Counted from the stretch's first letter, positions 51,516 to 64,000 are shown. The stretch is 64,000 nt of DNA from an uncultured Alphaproteobacteria bacterium (GCA_963779855.1 CAWAAE010000006.1:288963-352962); one strand, 5' to 3'. Numbers and translations are program-made. The notes: generated from the letters alone by a model not told the origin.

Positions 51516-52709
51516 CAATTCCCGCGCAAACCAGATTGCCAGCACCGGCAATGCCGCCGCGGCGCCGAGAAATAGCGGCACCGCGCCCGAACGATCGATG
51601 ACCAGCGCGCCCGCGGCGACGCCCGCGGTCTGGCCGACAAAGATCGCCGAGGAGAATAAAGCTACGGCGGTGCCGCGCGCTTGCGGCGTCATCTGCGTGG
51701 CGTTGGTCTGCAAGGTGTTGTGCAGCATGTAGAAGCCCAGTCCGATCGCGATCGTGGCGACGGGCGCCAGCCACCAGGCCGGCGCGATCGAGAGCGCGAT
51801 ATAGCCCGCCGCGATGGCAAAGCCGCCGGCGACCGCGAGACGGGCCTGGCCGAGGCGAAATACAAACTGCTTTACCAAGCCCGCGTAAATAAGCCCGCCG
51901 ATGCCGAAGCAGCCGACGGTCAAACCGACGAGCGTGAAACTGAGACCGAAATGCAAGCGCAGATACGCGCCGATATAGGCGAAGGCGCCCCACAGCAGCG
52001 CGTTCTCGATGAACGCCGTGATGATGACGATGCGCGCGAACGGCGTCGTCAGCACGGCGGCATAATCGGCGATGAAACCGCGCGTAGTCTCGTTGGGATG
52101 GCTCGGTTCGCGGGTCAGCGGATTGGCGAAAAGCTCGAATGCGAGCCCCGCCGTCGCCAAAGCGAAGATGGCGGAGAGGACGAAGAACACGTTGCGCCAG
52201 CCGACCAGGTCGCCGAGCACGCCGCCGGCGGCCTGGCCGAACAGCTGGCCGAGAATCTGTCCGGTGAGGTAGCGCCCCAGGATCGGCTGCCGCCGCTCGT
52301 AAGGCGTCACGTCGCCGACATAGGCCATCGAAATCGGGACGATCCAGCCGGCGGCCGCGCCGGTTGCAAGGCGAGTCAGTGCGAGCTGCGGCAGCGAGCT
52401 TGCCATGCCGCACAGCGCCACCAGCACCGTGCCGATCGCGCACATCAAGGCGACGGTGCGGTATTTGCCGAACCGGTCGCCGAGCGGGCCGATGACGAGC
52501 TGGATCGAGCCATGGGCGACGGCGTAGGAGGTCACCACCATGGCCGCGACGCCTACGGCGGTGTGGAAGTCGGCGGCAATCTGCGGCAACAGCGAATCGG
52601 TCACCCGCACCTGGGCTTGGGTGGCGAAGCCGGCGACCGCCAGCAGCATGATCGAGCGCGTCGGCGTTTTGCGCGGCAGCGCTGCGGCAGATGTTAATGA
52701 AGCTGGCAC
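51492..52709 (-). CDS. MFS transporter
   Basis: 12-TM pattern and a GPLGDRFGKYR-type loop motif between TM2 and TM3. Confidence 0.85.
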   Translation of the reverse strand: MPASLTSAAALPRKTPTRSIMLLAVAGFATQAQVRVTDSLLPQIAADFHTAVGVAAMVVTSYAVAHGSIQLVIGPLGDRFGKYRTVALMCAIGTVLVALCGMASSLPQLALTRLATGAAAGWIVPISMAYVGDVTPYERRQPILGRYLTGQILGQLFGQAAGGVLGDLVGWRNVFFVLSAIFALATAGLAFELFANPLTREPSHPNETTRGFIADYAAVLTTPFARIVIITAFIENALLWGAFAYIGAYLRLHFGLSFTLVGLTVGCFGIGGLIYAGLVKQFVFRLGQARLAVAGGFAIAAGYIALSIAPAWWLAPVATIAIGLGFYMLHNTLQTNATQMTPQARGTAVALFSSAIFVGQTAGVAAGALVIDRSGAVPLFLGAAAALPVLAIWFARELQKNRRVK

Positions 52710-52794
52710 GTTCGATTAAGGAGCGGGTGAGAGGGTGCGGCGTTGACAGTCCGGGCAGGCCGGGCTTTTTACCCCGCCAAACGGCGAACGCGAA

Positions 52795-55921
<3,127 letters not shown>

Positions 55922-55948
55922 TGTTGGGCGCGGCGTAAGACGATTGCT

Positions 55949-56666
55949 GTGAGAATCTTTCTCGCCGGCGCCAGCGGCGCGATCGGCCGACGGCTGACGC
56001 CGCTATTGCGCGAGGCCGGCCATGACGTCACCGGCATGACGCGCACGATGACAACCGCTCGCGAACTCGAAGCCGCGGGCGTGCATGCCGTCGTCGTCGA
56101 TGTATTCGATGCCGACGCGCTCAAACGCGCCGTGATGCAGGCGCGGCCCGAGGTCGTGATCCACCAATTGACCGATTTGCCCCGCGTCTTCGACGAGGCG
56201 GAGCTCGCCGCCTCCTATCCGCGCAATGCGCGCATCCGCATCGAGGGCACGCGCAACCTGATCGCCGCCGCGCGGGCCGCCGCGGCCCGGCGTTTCATCG
56301 TGCAGAGCATCGCCTTCGGCTATGCGCCCGGCGGCGAGCCGCATGCCGAGACCGCTCCGCTCAACCTTGCCGACGGCCCTCGGGTCGTCACGGTCCGGGG
56401 CGCGGCGGCACATGGAGGCGCAGGTGCTGGCGTACGGCATGGAGGGGATCGTGCTGCGTTATGGTCTGCTCTACGGGCCCGGCACCTGGAGCGAAGGCCC
56501 AAGCCGCAAGCCGCCGCTGCATGTCGATGCCGCTGCGCACGCCGCATTGCTCGCCGTTACTCAAGGCAAACCGGGCATCTACAACATTGCCGAGGACGAC
56601 GGCACAGTCGCGATCGATAAGGCCCGCGCCGAATTGGGCTTCGATCCGGCATTCAGGCTGAAGTGA
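55949..56666 (+). pseudogene. NAD(P)-binding epimerase/dehydratase-like protein, frameshifted as sequenced
   Basis: N-terminal MRIFLAGASGAIGRRL Rossmann motif in frame 2. The C-terminal part (HMEAQVLAYGMEGIVLRYGLLYGPG...IYNIAEDDG) is in frame 0. The junction is near 56400-56412. Confidence 0.7.
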
Positions 56667-56679
56667 AATTTGATTAGGC

Positions 56680-57012
56680 CTAGGCGCTGCGCTTGCGCTT
56701 GGCTTCCACGTAGCTGCGCAGCACAGCGCCCATGCGCGACTGATAGCCTTTGCCGGTGCGCTTGAACCAGCCGATGACGTCGGGATCGAGACGCAGCGTG
56801 ATCTGTTGTTTGCTTAGTGGCATGCGTACCGTTGCCTTATCCCAAAAGCCGGGCGGAATCACGCCGGCGTCCGGATCGGCCGCGGCGCGGCGCTCGACCT
56901 CCTCGTCGGTCATTTCGCGAAACGCTTTGCTCAGAGGCTTTGGCGGCGGCATATCATCGAGGCTTTTATACCTGACGATGCGCCCACGCTTTTTAGTAGT
57001 TTTTGCGGTCAT
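56680..57012 (-). CDS. brnA: BrnA family antitoxin
   Basis: ITLRLDPDVIGWFKRTGKGYQSRMGAVLRSYVEA is the typical BrnA C-terminal RHH-like region. It overlaps brnT by 20 nt. Confidence 0.8.
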   Translation of the reverse strand: MTAKTTKKRGRIVRYKSLDDMPPPKPLSKAFREMTDEEVERRAAADPDAGVIPPGFWDKATVRMPLSKQQITLRLDPDVIGWFKRTGKGYQSRMGAVLRSYVEAKRKRSA

Positions 57013-57250
57013 CCCTGCTCGCCTTCCAAGCCGTGATAATCCGGACGTTGCCGTCTCGTTCGGTGAATACGACCCGGATCACTTCACCATTGTATTCTCC
57101 GAGCGCAATCAAACGTCTTTCGCCGTAATCACGTCGTGTGTCCTCGGCAGTCAGCACATAGCCACGGAATATTTCCGCAGCCTCGCGAAAGCCCAGGTCG
57201 TGTTTGCGCCGATTGGTCGCGTCCTTAGCCTCGTCCCACTCGAAACCCAT
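56993..57250 (-). CDS. brnT: BrnT family ribonuclease toxin (DUF497)
   Basis: MGFEWDEAKDATNRRKHDLGFREAAEIF...VVFTERDGNVRIITAWKA is the DUF497/BrnT pattern. The toxin gene comes first. Confidence 0.85.
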   Translation of the reverse strand: MGFEWDEAKDATNRRKHDLGFREAAEIFRGYVLTAEDTRRDYGERRLIALGEYNGEVIRVVFTERDGNVRIITAWKASRDDRKNY

Positions 57251-57293
57251 GCAATGTAACTACAAAATGGGGTTATTACAACCTCGCCTGCAA

Positions 57294-57908
57294 CTAGCGG
57301 TATAGCAAGGTAGCGGCCGCCGGGAACGGCTTACTGAGGAAGGGCGATCCCTTCAGCCCATACCGCCAGGGTTTCTCCACCGCTTTGGTGATGCCGATGC
57401 GAGGGCCGGCCACCACCTCGACCTCACCTTGACGTGCAAATAGCTCGAACGGCGGCGCGTCGAGCGCCAGCCCGTTGTGCCGGCCGGTAATGCGCAGCGC
57501 CTCGCAGAGCCGCCCGGGGCCGGAGCACAGCAGCCGCTCGTCGGACGAGCCGCGCCGCCGGCGCATGAGGGCAAAGCCGGCCGTTGGCTCGACGGCCCGG
57601 ATCAGGACGGCGCTGGCCGATCCCCTCGGCTCGCAGACGAAGTTCAGGCACCAGTGAATGCCGTAGGAGCGGTAGATATAGGCATAGCCGGCCGGGCCGA
57701 ACATGACGGCATTGCGGTCGGTCGGGCCGCGGAAGCTGTGCGCCGCCGGGTCGGTATGATCGTAGGCCTCGACCTCGACCAGCCGGCCGCCGACGCCGTC
57801 AACCAAGAGCGTCGCGCCGATAAGATCGGGCGCCACCTCATGGACGCTGCGGTTGAAGAAGCTCTTGGTCAGGCGTTTTGGCATTTCCCATGGTCGCAGC
57901 CGCGGCAC
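57294..57908 (-). CDS. mpg: DNA-3-methyladenine glycosylase (AAG/Mpg family)
   Basis: [19 protein letters not shown]...VEVEAY...[22 protein letters not shown]. Confidence 0.88.
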   Translation of the reverse strand: MPRLRPWEMPKRLTKSFFNRSVHEVAPDLIGATLLVDGVGGRLVEVEAYDHTDPAAHSFRGPTDRNAVMFGPAGYAYIYRSYGIHWCLNFVCEPRGSASAVLIRAVEPTAGFALMRRRRGSSDERLLCSGPGRLCEALRITGRHNGLALDAPPFELFARQGEVEVVAGPRIGITKAVEKPWRYGLKGSPFLSKPFPAAATLLYR

Positions 57909-58167
57909 CTTTTGGTAAATGGCGAGTTAGCCGCATGCCGCGAAGCGGAGTGAATCTGTTGCTCCACGGCAACAGCATGAGAACATTTGCTCTTACCGCA
58001 CTGCACCCACACTAAGCGCCGCTTTTTAGCCATAGGATTTCTCGACATCGACGGCCGGTCCAGACGCTTCCTTCAAGCCGTCGTGGATCGAAAGTGTTGC
58101 GTACTTCCGGTCCGTGTTGGACCGGATGAAAGGGGCGAAGGGGCTTAGTTTGGCCCGCTTCAGTTTT

Positions 58168-59892
58168 ATGGACGCCAAAACCGATCTGAAATTGCGCCTG
58201 CCGAGCCGGCACGCGACCGAAGGCCCCGACCGGGCGCCGCACCGCGCGTTTTATTACGCCATGGGGCTGTCGTCGGAGCAGATCCATCAGCCCTTCGTCG
58301 GGGTCGCCACCTGCTGGAACGAGGCGGCGCCCTGCAATATCGCGCTGATGCGCCAAGCCCAGGCGGTGAAACTCGGGGTCGCGGCCGTCGGCGCCACGGC
58401 GCGGGAATTCTGCACCATCACCGTGACCGACGGTATCGCCATGGGCCATGCCGGGATGAAAGCTTCCTTGCCTTCGCGGGAAGTCATTGCCAATTCGGTG
58501 GAATTGACGGTGCGCGGCCATTCCTACGACGCATTGATCGGGGTCGCCGGTTGCGACAAGTCGCAGCCCGGCATGATGATGGCGATGTGCCGCCTCAACG
58601 TGCCGTCGATCTATATCTATGGCGGCTCGATCCTGCCCGGCACGTTCAAGGGCAGTCCCGTCACCATCCAGGACGTCTACGAGGCCGTCGGCAGGCATTC
58701 GATCGGCGCGATGTCCGATGTCGATCTCGAGACGCTGGAACAGAACGCCTGTCCGTCGGCCGGAGCTTGCGGCGCGCAATTCACCGCCAACACCATGGCG
58801 ACGGTGTCGGAGGCGATCGGTCTTGCGCTGCCGTACTCCTCCGGAGCTCCGGCGCCTTACCAGATTCGCGACAAATTCTGCATGTTGGCCGGCGAGATGA
58901 TCATGGATCTCATCGTCCGTAACATCCGCCCGCGCGACATCGTTACGCGCAAGGCGCTGGAGAACGCGGCGGCTGTCGTCGCGGCGACCGGCGGCTCGAC
59001 CAATGCCGCGCTGCATTTGCCGGCCATCGCCAACGAATGCGGCGTGAAATTCGATCTGTTCGACGTCGCCGAAGTCCTGAAAAAGACACCTTATATCGCC
59101 GATTTAAAACCATCCGGCCGTTATGTCGCCAAAGACATGTTCGAAGCTGGCGGCGTTCCGCTGCTGATGAAGACGCTGCTCGACCATGGTTACCTCCACG
59201 GCGACTGCCTCACCGTCACCGGCCGCACCATCGCCGAGAACCTGAAGTCGGTGAAGTGGAACGCCGATCAGGCCGTCGTCTATCCGGCCAACAAGCCAAT
59301 TTTGCCGACCGGCGGCGTCATCGGCCTCAAAGGTAACCTCGCACCCGAGGGCGCCATCGTTAAGGTTGCCGGGATGGAGCGCTTGCAGTTTTCCGGCCCC
59401 GCGCGTTGCTTTGACGGCGAGGAAGCCTGCTTCGAGGCGGTCAAGAATAAAAAGTACAAGGAAGGCGACGTGCTGGTCATCCGTTACGAAGGCCCGAAAG
59501 GCGGTCCCGGCATGCGCGAAATGCTGTCGACCACCGCGGCGCTGTATGGCCAGGGCATGGGCGGCAAGGTCGCGCTGATCACCGACGGCCGCTTTTCCGG
59601 CGCTACGCGCGGCTTCTGCGTGGGCCATATCGGCCCGGAAGCGGCGGTCGGCGGCCCGATCGCGCTTCTGCGCGATGGCGACATCATTAAGCTCGATGGC
59701 GAGAACGGAACGCTCAACGTCGAATTGACCGAGAGTGAACTCGCGCGGCGGGCGAAAGAATGGAAGCCGCGGGAAGGCGAATACGCGTCCGGCTATTTGT
59801 GGAAATACACCCAGCAAGTGGGATCGGCGCGTCATGGCGCGGTCACGCATCCGGGCGCTGCGGCTGAGAAGGCGTGCTATGCGGATATCTAG
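58168..59892 (+). CDS. ilvD: dihydroxy-acid dehydratase
   Basis: LPSRHATEGPDRAPHRAFYYAMG, AGCDKSQPGMMMA and ITDGRFSGATRG motifs. Confidence 0.95.
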   Translation: MDAKTDLKLRLPSRHATEGPDRAPHRAFYYAMGLSSEQIHQPFVGVATCWNEAAPCNIALMRQAQAVKLGVAAVGATAREFCTITVTDGIAMGHAGMKASLPSREVIANSVELTVRGHSYDALIGVAGCDKSQPGMMMAMCRLNVPSIYIYGGSILPGTFKGSPVTIQDVYEAVGRHSIGAMSDVDLETLEQNACPSAGACGAQFTANTMATVSEAIGLALPYSSGAPAPYQIRDKFCMLAGEMIMDLIVRNIRPRDIVTRKALENAAAVVAATGGSTNAALHLPAIANECGVKFDLFDVAEVLKKTPYIADLKPSGRYVAKDMFEAGGVPLLMKTLLDHGYLHGDCLTVTGRTIAENLKSVKWNADQAVVYPANKPILPTGGVIGLKGNLAPEGAIVKVAGMERLQFSGPARCFDGEEACFEAVKNKKYKEGDVLVIRYEGPKGGPGMREMLSTTAALYGQGMGGKVALITDGRFSGATRGFCVGHIGPEAAVGGPIALLRDGDIIKLDGENGTLNVELTESELARRAKEWKPREGEYASGYLWKYTQQVGSARHGAVTHPGAAAEKACYADI

Positions 59893-60733
59893 CGGCATAA
59901 AGCGCATTGCCACGGGCGGAATGGTGGCGAGCCTTGCTGGCGGACTTTGCCTCGTGCTGGGCCTCTCCGGTCATGGCCGCGGTCTTGCACTTGAGCCCGC
60001 TTTCGCATTCGACGGCACTACATCGCCGGCAACCGCGGCGCTGTCGCCGACCGATGGATTGCGCGGCGGTGCACACGCGCCGGAAACCGAAGCAAAGTCG
60101 AGCGCTTTGACTGCACTGCAATATGCGGCCGAGCAGGGCCAACCCGTCGCGCAGTGGAAGCTTGGCCGCATGTACGCCGACGGCGACGGCGTGCCGCGAG
60201 ACGATTTGCGCGCCTTCAACTATTTCAGCGAGATCGCCAACACGCATCCGGACGAAGCGCCGGGCACCGCGCAGGCGCGATTCGTCGCCAACGCCTTCGT
60301 CGCGCTTGGCCACTACTATCTCAACGGTATCCCGAATTCGCAGATCGCAGCGGATCCTGATCGCGCGCGCGAAATGTTCGACTATGCCGCCAGCTACTTC
60401 GGCGATGCCGACGCGCAATATGAGCTTGGCCGGCTTTATCTCAACGGCACGCCGAGCGATCCGCACCAGGCGGCGCGCTGGTTCCTGTTGGCCGCGACCA
60501 AAGGCCATTGCCGCGCCGAAGTCGCGCTCGGCGACATGCTGTTCCAGGGCCAAGCGGTGCCGCGGCAAGCCGCGCGCGGCCTGATGTGGCTGACGCTCGG
60601 CAAGGATTGCGCCGGTAGCGACGAAAGCTGGATCAAGCCGCTCTACGACAACGACTTCCAGCGCGCCAGCGATGATGAACGCGCCATGGCGCTCGTTTAT
60701 CTGGAAGGTTGGCTGAAGGGGCGGCGGGATTAG
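59879..60733 (+). CDS. Sel1-repeat (TPR-like) secreted protein
   Basis: Signal-like N-terminus and repeated AQWKLGRMYADGDGVPRD / AQYELGRLYLNG / EVALGDMLFQGQAVPRQ Sel1 units. The start is inferred and overlaps the ilvD end by 14 nt. Confidence 0.8.
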   Translation: MRISSGIKRIATGGMVASLAGGLCLVLGLSGHGRGLALEPAFAFDGTTSPATAALSPTDGLRGGAHAPETEAKSSALTALQYAAEQGQPVAQWKLGRMYADGDGVPRDDLRAFNYFSEIANTHPDEAPGTAQARFVANAFVALGHYYLNGIPNSQIAADPDRAREMFDYAASYFGDADAQYELGRLYLNGTPSDPHQAARWFLLAATKGHCRAEVALGDMLFQGQAVPRQAARGLMWLTLGKDCAGSDESWIKPLYDNDFQRASDDERAMALVYLEGWLKGRRD

Positions 60734-60963
60734 CAGACGCCATTTTCCGTCGATTGCCAGCAAGTAGCCCGCATCAGCGGCGCGACCTACGGGTCTACAC
60801 GTCGAGCGGTCGGTTCCGGATGCGCGCATTGCGGTAAGTTCATTCATCAGTTCATCAGCGATGGCGAGCAACGGCGGCGGCACAGCAACGCCGAGCGCCT
60901 TGGCGGTCTTGAGCTTGTTGACCGGCCGGTTACGATGCCTTGTGCCGAGCAGCGAGGGTCGTC

Positions 60964-61452
60964 ATGCGGCGGAGAGAGTTCATCGCGATTTTTGGGTTGC
61001 TGTTGCTGGGCGGAGTAGCGGCGCTGCGGCGCAATCTGGCTATATTCTGGCGATCACCCTTCGATGCTCATACGGCGCAAACGGTGACGGCGGTCACCGA
61101 GTTGATGTTCCCTGGCGATGGACTCCCGGGCGCAACGGAACTGGGAATCCACACTCGTCTCGTCGCGATGTCGGAGCTTCATGAACTGATGGCCGATGGA
61201 GTCGATTGGCTCGACGGGCGGGCTAAAAGTCAGGGTGTTTCTGATTTTCTTGCGCTGGACGAGAGCGCCAAATCAGCGGCCATCGACGCGGCGTTTGCGT
61301 CGGACGACGATGCAGCGAAGCAATTCGTGCTCATCCTCAGATTCTATGGCGGTTTGAACTACTATTCCGAACCCGTCATCAAGGCGGCATTTCCCTATAC
61401 CGGTCCGCCGCAGCCGGAAGGCTTTGCCGATTTCCAAGATCCGCCCAAATGA
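60964..61452 (+). CDS. gluconate 2-dehydrogenase subunit 3 family protein (Tat-signal small subunit)
   Basis: MRRREFIAIFGLLLLGG twin-arginine signal. Its size and its ATGA overlap with the following GMC flavoprotein gene fit this family. Confidence 0.7.
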   Translation: MRRREFIAIFGLLLLGGVAALRRNLAIFWRSPFDAHTAQTVTAVTELMFPGDGLPGATELGIHTRLVAMSELHELMADGVDWLDGRAKSQGVSDFLALDESAKSAAIDAAFASDDDAAKQFVLILRFYGGLNYYSEPVIKAAFPYTGPPQPEGFADFQDPPK

Positions 61453-63095
61453 CGAACGATGCCGACTGGGATGCGGTAATTGTAGGATCCGGAGCCGGCG
61501 GTGCTGCCGCGGCCTACGGGCTTTGCCAACGCGGCATGTCGGTACTGCTGCTCGATGCGGGACCGCGGTTCGACCCGGCTGTCGACTATCCGTTGACCGA
61601 GTCCGATTGGGACTCGCGCGAATTTCCCGAGAAAGCCGGCAGCACCGGCTCGGTCACTTTTGCTCCCGGTCAACAATTGATCGGCGCCGAGCCGCTGCTG
61701 GTGTCGCACAGCAGAGGCTTGGGGCAATTGGTTACCAGCGGTACGCGCTGGATGGAGAAATATTATCACGTCCGCGGCATCGGCGGCACCACGCTGCATT
61801 TTACCGGCGAGTCGCACCGCATTCACCCCGATGCGATGAAAATGAAGAGCCGTTTCGGCGTTGCCGCGGACTGGCCGATCGATTACGCCGAATTGGAGCC
61901 CTTCTACACCCGAGCTGAAGAACTTATTGGCGTCGCCGGCCCGGCAACCCAAGGTGCGCGTTGGCGTTCGCGGGCATTTCCCTTGCCGCCCCATCCTCTA
62001 TCGTACGCGGCCCGCACGTTGGGGCGGGGTGCGGCGGCGCTCGGCCTCGATTGGCAGGCCAACAGCCGCGCCGCACTGTCGCTGCCCTGGATTGGACGGC
62101 CACCCTGCAATTACTGCGGTGGTTGCAACGATGGCTGTCCGCGTGGCGATAAGGGCAGCGCCGACGTTACCTTCATTCCCGCTGCGTTGGCGACCGGCCG
62201 GTGCACCGTTCGCTCAGACAGCCCGGTATTGCGGATAGAGTCCGGCACGGAAGATCGGGTAACTGCCGTATTGGTCGGACACCCCGACGGCACGATCGAA
62301 CGCATCCCCAGCCCGCATTTGATTCTGGCTTGCGGTGCTGTCGAAACTCCGCGCCTGCTGCTGGCCTGCGATGGACTTGGCAACGAAAGTGGCGAGGTCG
62401 GGGCCAACTTCATGGACACGCTCGACGTTACGGTCGGCGCGCTGCATCCCGATCCCCAGCAAGCTCGCCGCGGTCTGCCTGACGATGCCATCTGCTGGGA
62501 TTTCAACGCTCCCGACGCAATTCCCGGTGTGATCGGCGGGTGTCGTATCTATAACGCTTCCGCGGATAACGAGCTAAAAGGATTGGCCGGATTTGCCCTT
62601 CGCGCCGTATCTGGGTGGGGCCGCGCGCATGCCCAATCCGTACGCCGGTTGTGGGGTCATGCGTTGTACGTCGGTGCAATTGGCGAAAGTTTGCCCAATC
62701 GTAACAGCCGCGTCGATCTCGATGCCGACAAGCATGACCAATTCGGCATTCCGCTTGCCCGCATATCGGCGTGGCTCGACGAGTCCGACCTCAGCCGTCT
62801 ACGTTTCATGGCGGCCAAGTCGCGCGCACTCCTGGCCGCAAGCGGCGCAGAAGATATTTTCGAAAGTTATTCAAGTTGGGACTGGTTCGGCGCGACCCAT
62901 GTCTTCGGCACCTGCCGCATGGGAGCCGATCCCGCCGTGTCGGTGGTCAATGCCGACGGCCGCAGTCATCGCTGGCGCAATTTGTGGATCACGGACGCAA
63001 GCGTCTTCCCCTCGTCCGGCGGCGGCGAAGCGCCGTCTCTCACGATTCATGCGCTAGCGCTGCGGACGGCGGAAAGAATAGGAAAAGATCACTGA
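61449..63095 (+). CDS. GMC family FAD-dependent oxidoreductase
   Basis: DAVIVGSGAGGAAAAYGL FAD motif and the C-terminal ...HVFGTCRMG...WITDASVFPSSGG pattern. Confidence 0.88.
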   Translation: MTNDADWDAVIVGSGAGGAAAAYGLCQRGMSVLLLDAGPRFDPAVDYPLTESDWDSREFPEKAGSTGSVTFAPGQQLIGAEPLLVSHSRGLGQLVTSGTRWMEKYYHVRGIGGTTLHFTGESHRIHPDAMKMKSRFGVAADWPIDYAELEPFYTRAEELIGVAGPATQGARWRSRAFPLPPHPLSYAARTLGRGAAALGLDWQANSRAALSLPWIGRPPCNYCGGCNDGCPRGDKGSADVTFIPAALATGRCTVRSDSPVLRIESGTEDRVTAVLVGHPDGTIERIPSPHLILACGAVETPRLLLACDGLGNESGEVGANFMDTLDVTVGALHPDPQQARRGLPDDAICWDFNAPDAIPGVIGGCRIYNASADNELKGLAGFALRAVSGWGRAHAQSVRRLWGHALYVGAIGESLPNRNSRVDLDADKHDQFGIPLARISAWLDESDLSRLRFMAAKSRALLAASGAEDIFESYSSWDWFGATHVFGTCRMGADPAVSVVNADGRSHRWRNLWITDASVFPSSGGGEAPSLTIHALALRTAERIGKDH

Positions 63096-63387
63096 AAACC
63101 ACGGCCGAACGCGTCATGTTAAATCTTTGCGGCTCGATTTCTCGAACATCCTTCGCGTCACTACTGCGATGGCCGCCGGCGTTACCGATCGGCTTCTGAG
63201 TGTCACCGACCGAGGGAAACTATCGAAGCACCGGGAAAACCGGCGCGGCAGAACTCGGGTTAAGGATGGAGCTTGCACTTGTTGTTGTGCTGATCCAACC
63301 CGATGCCAATAAATGGCAGGACAACCGACAACCAAGCTTCTTGAAACGTCAATTCCCGGCATTGAGTCTTGCCGACAATAGCGGCGT

Positions 63388-63660
63388 TCACGATGACGCT
63401 GACAACTCCGCCCCGAATATGACGACAAACCAAGGAAATGCTGCGTGCACCGGCGGACAAGGTAAGGGCGCTCCGATAAGGCCGGCAAACGCGGTATCGA
63501 CAGTTATCATTGTCGCAGCGGGAAGGCCGCATCCAAGCAAGGGGACCGCTATTGCTCTGGCCGGAATAACCGAAGGCGCCCAGAACAACATAGCCGCAAC
63601 GATTATCGTAGTAACGATCTTACGAAGACTCATTGTCGCCCCCAGTGATAATTTCGACAT
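63388..63660 (-). CDS. small hydrophobic hypothetical protein, possibly frameshifted
   Basis: The signal-peptide-like start MSLRKIVTTIIVAAMLFWAPSVIPARA is followed by hydrophobic segments. A hydrophobic continuation exists in another frame (ORF 63260-63532). The region has lower G+C. Confidence 0.25.
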   Translation of the reverse strand: MSKLSLGATMSLRKIVTTIIVAAMLFWAPSVIPARAIAVPLLGCGLPAATMITVDTAFAGLIGAPLPCPPVHAAFPWFVVIFGAELSASS

Positions 63661-63832
63661 TTAGCTGGCTTTCCCCTGATGCCATGCCCATTCGGCGTTA
63701 TGATGTCTCCCGCGAGCAACACCGACAATGCAGGCTGTGAGAAAATTCGCGGGATACCGAGATTAATCCCAGGACTGTTGCGGATTTATCACAATCAACC
63801 CCGCTCATTCGCCTTTGCTTGGCCGCGCGTCG

Positions 63833-64000
63833 CTACTTCGCTTCGATCGCCAAATCGATCCACACCGGCACGTGGTCGGACGGCTTTTCCCAGGTCCGCA
63901 CGTGGCGGTCGATGCCGGCGTCGCTGAGCCGATCGGCGGCCGCGGGCGACAGCAACAGATGATCGATGCGGATGCCGTTGTTCTTCTGCCAGGCGCCGGC
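63833..64000 (-). CDS. xthA: exodeoxyribonuclease III (endonuclease/exonuclease/phosphatase family), C-terminal part only
   Basis: The minus-strand translation ...AGAWQKNNGIRIDHLLLSPAAADRLSDAGIDRHVRTWEKPSDHVPVWIDLAIEAK-stop matches the XthA C-terminus (RIDH...PSDH.PV). It runs off the window. Confidence 0.75.
   Translation of the reverse strand, partial: AGAWQKNNGIRIDHLLLSPAAADRLSDAGIDRHVRTWEKPSDHVPVWIDLAIEAK

Noticed and set aside
63200-63664. A 154-aa plus-strand ORF in the low-G+C tail region.
   Set aside because: It has no start context or recognisable motifs and overlaps the hydrophobic minus-strand ORF. Its composition looks non-coding.

Overview
This is a high-G+C chromosomal core segment, roughly two-thirds G+C by eye, from an alphaproteobacterium. 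It is most likely Rhizobiales/Hyphomicrobiales. The supporting evidence is mipZ next to panC, the lptF-lptG-lptD-surA-pdxA-rsmA block beside pepA-holC, rpsF-rpsR-rplI, fabD-fabG-acpP-fabF-mltG, and cvpA-purF / radA-alr-dnaB.

I can support about 60 protein-coding genes, and nearly all are housekeeping. They cover translation, fatty-acid synthesis, LPS transport, cofactor and amino-acid biosynthesis, Clp proteolysis and cell-envelope functions. I found no rRNA, tRNA, CRISPR array, transposase, integrase or phage genes. The only recognisable accessory module is a BrnT/BrnA toxin-antitoxin pair.

I did not find a convincing novel multi-gene system, so this window looks mostly ordinary. The observations most worth a second look are:
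1. valS is broken into many frame-shifted pieces, and the breaks coincide with low-G+C patches.
2. dnaB, clpA and an NAD-binding epimerase-like gene each carry a single reading-frame break. This suggests either local sequence-quality problems or real decay.
3. A 49-bp palindromic repeat occurs three times, each copy at a gene boundary.
4. A short proline-rich lipoprotein sits where bamB is normally found, between the yfgM-like gene and der.
5. Several candidate operator palindromes and in-gene tandem repeats are present.

Many long ORFs in the supplied track are antisense or alternate-frame artefacts of the high G+C content and were not called.
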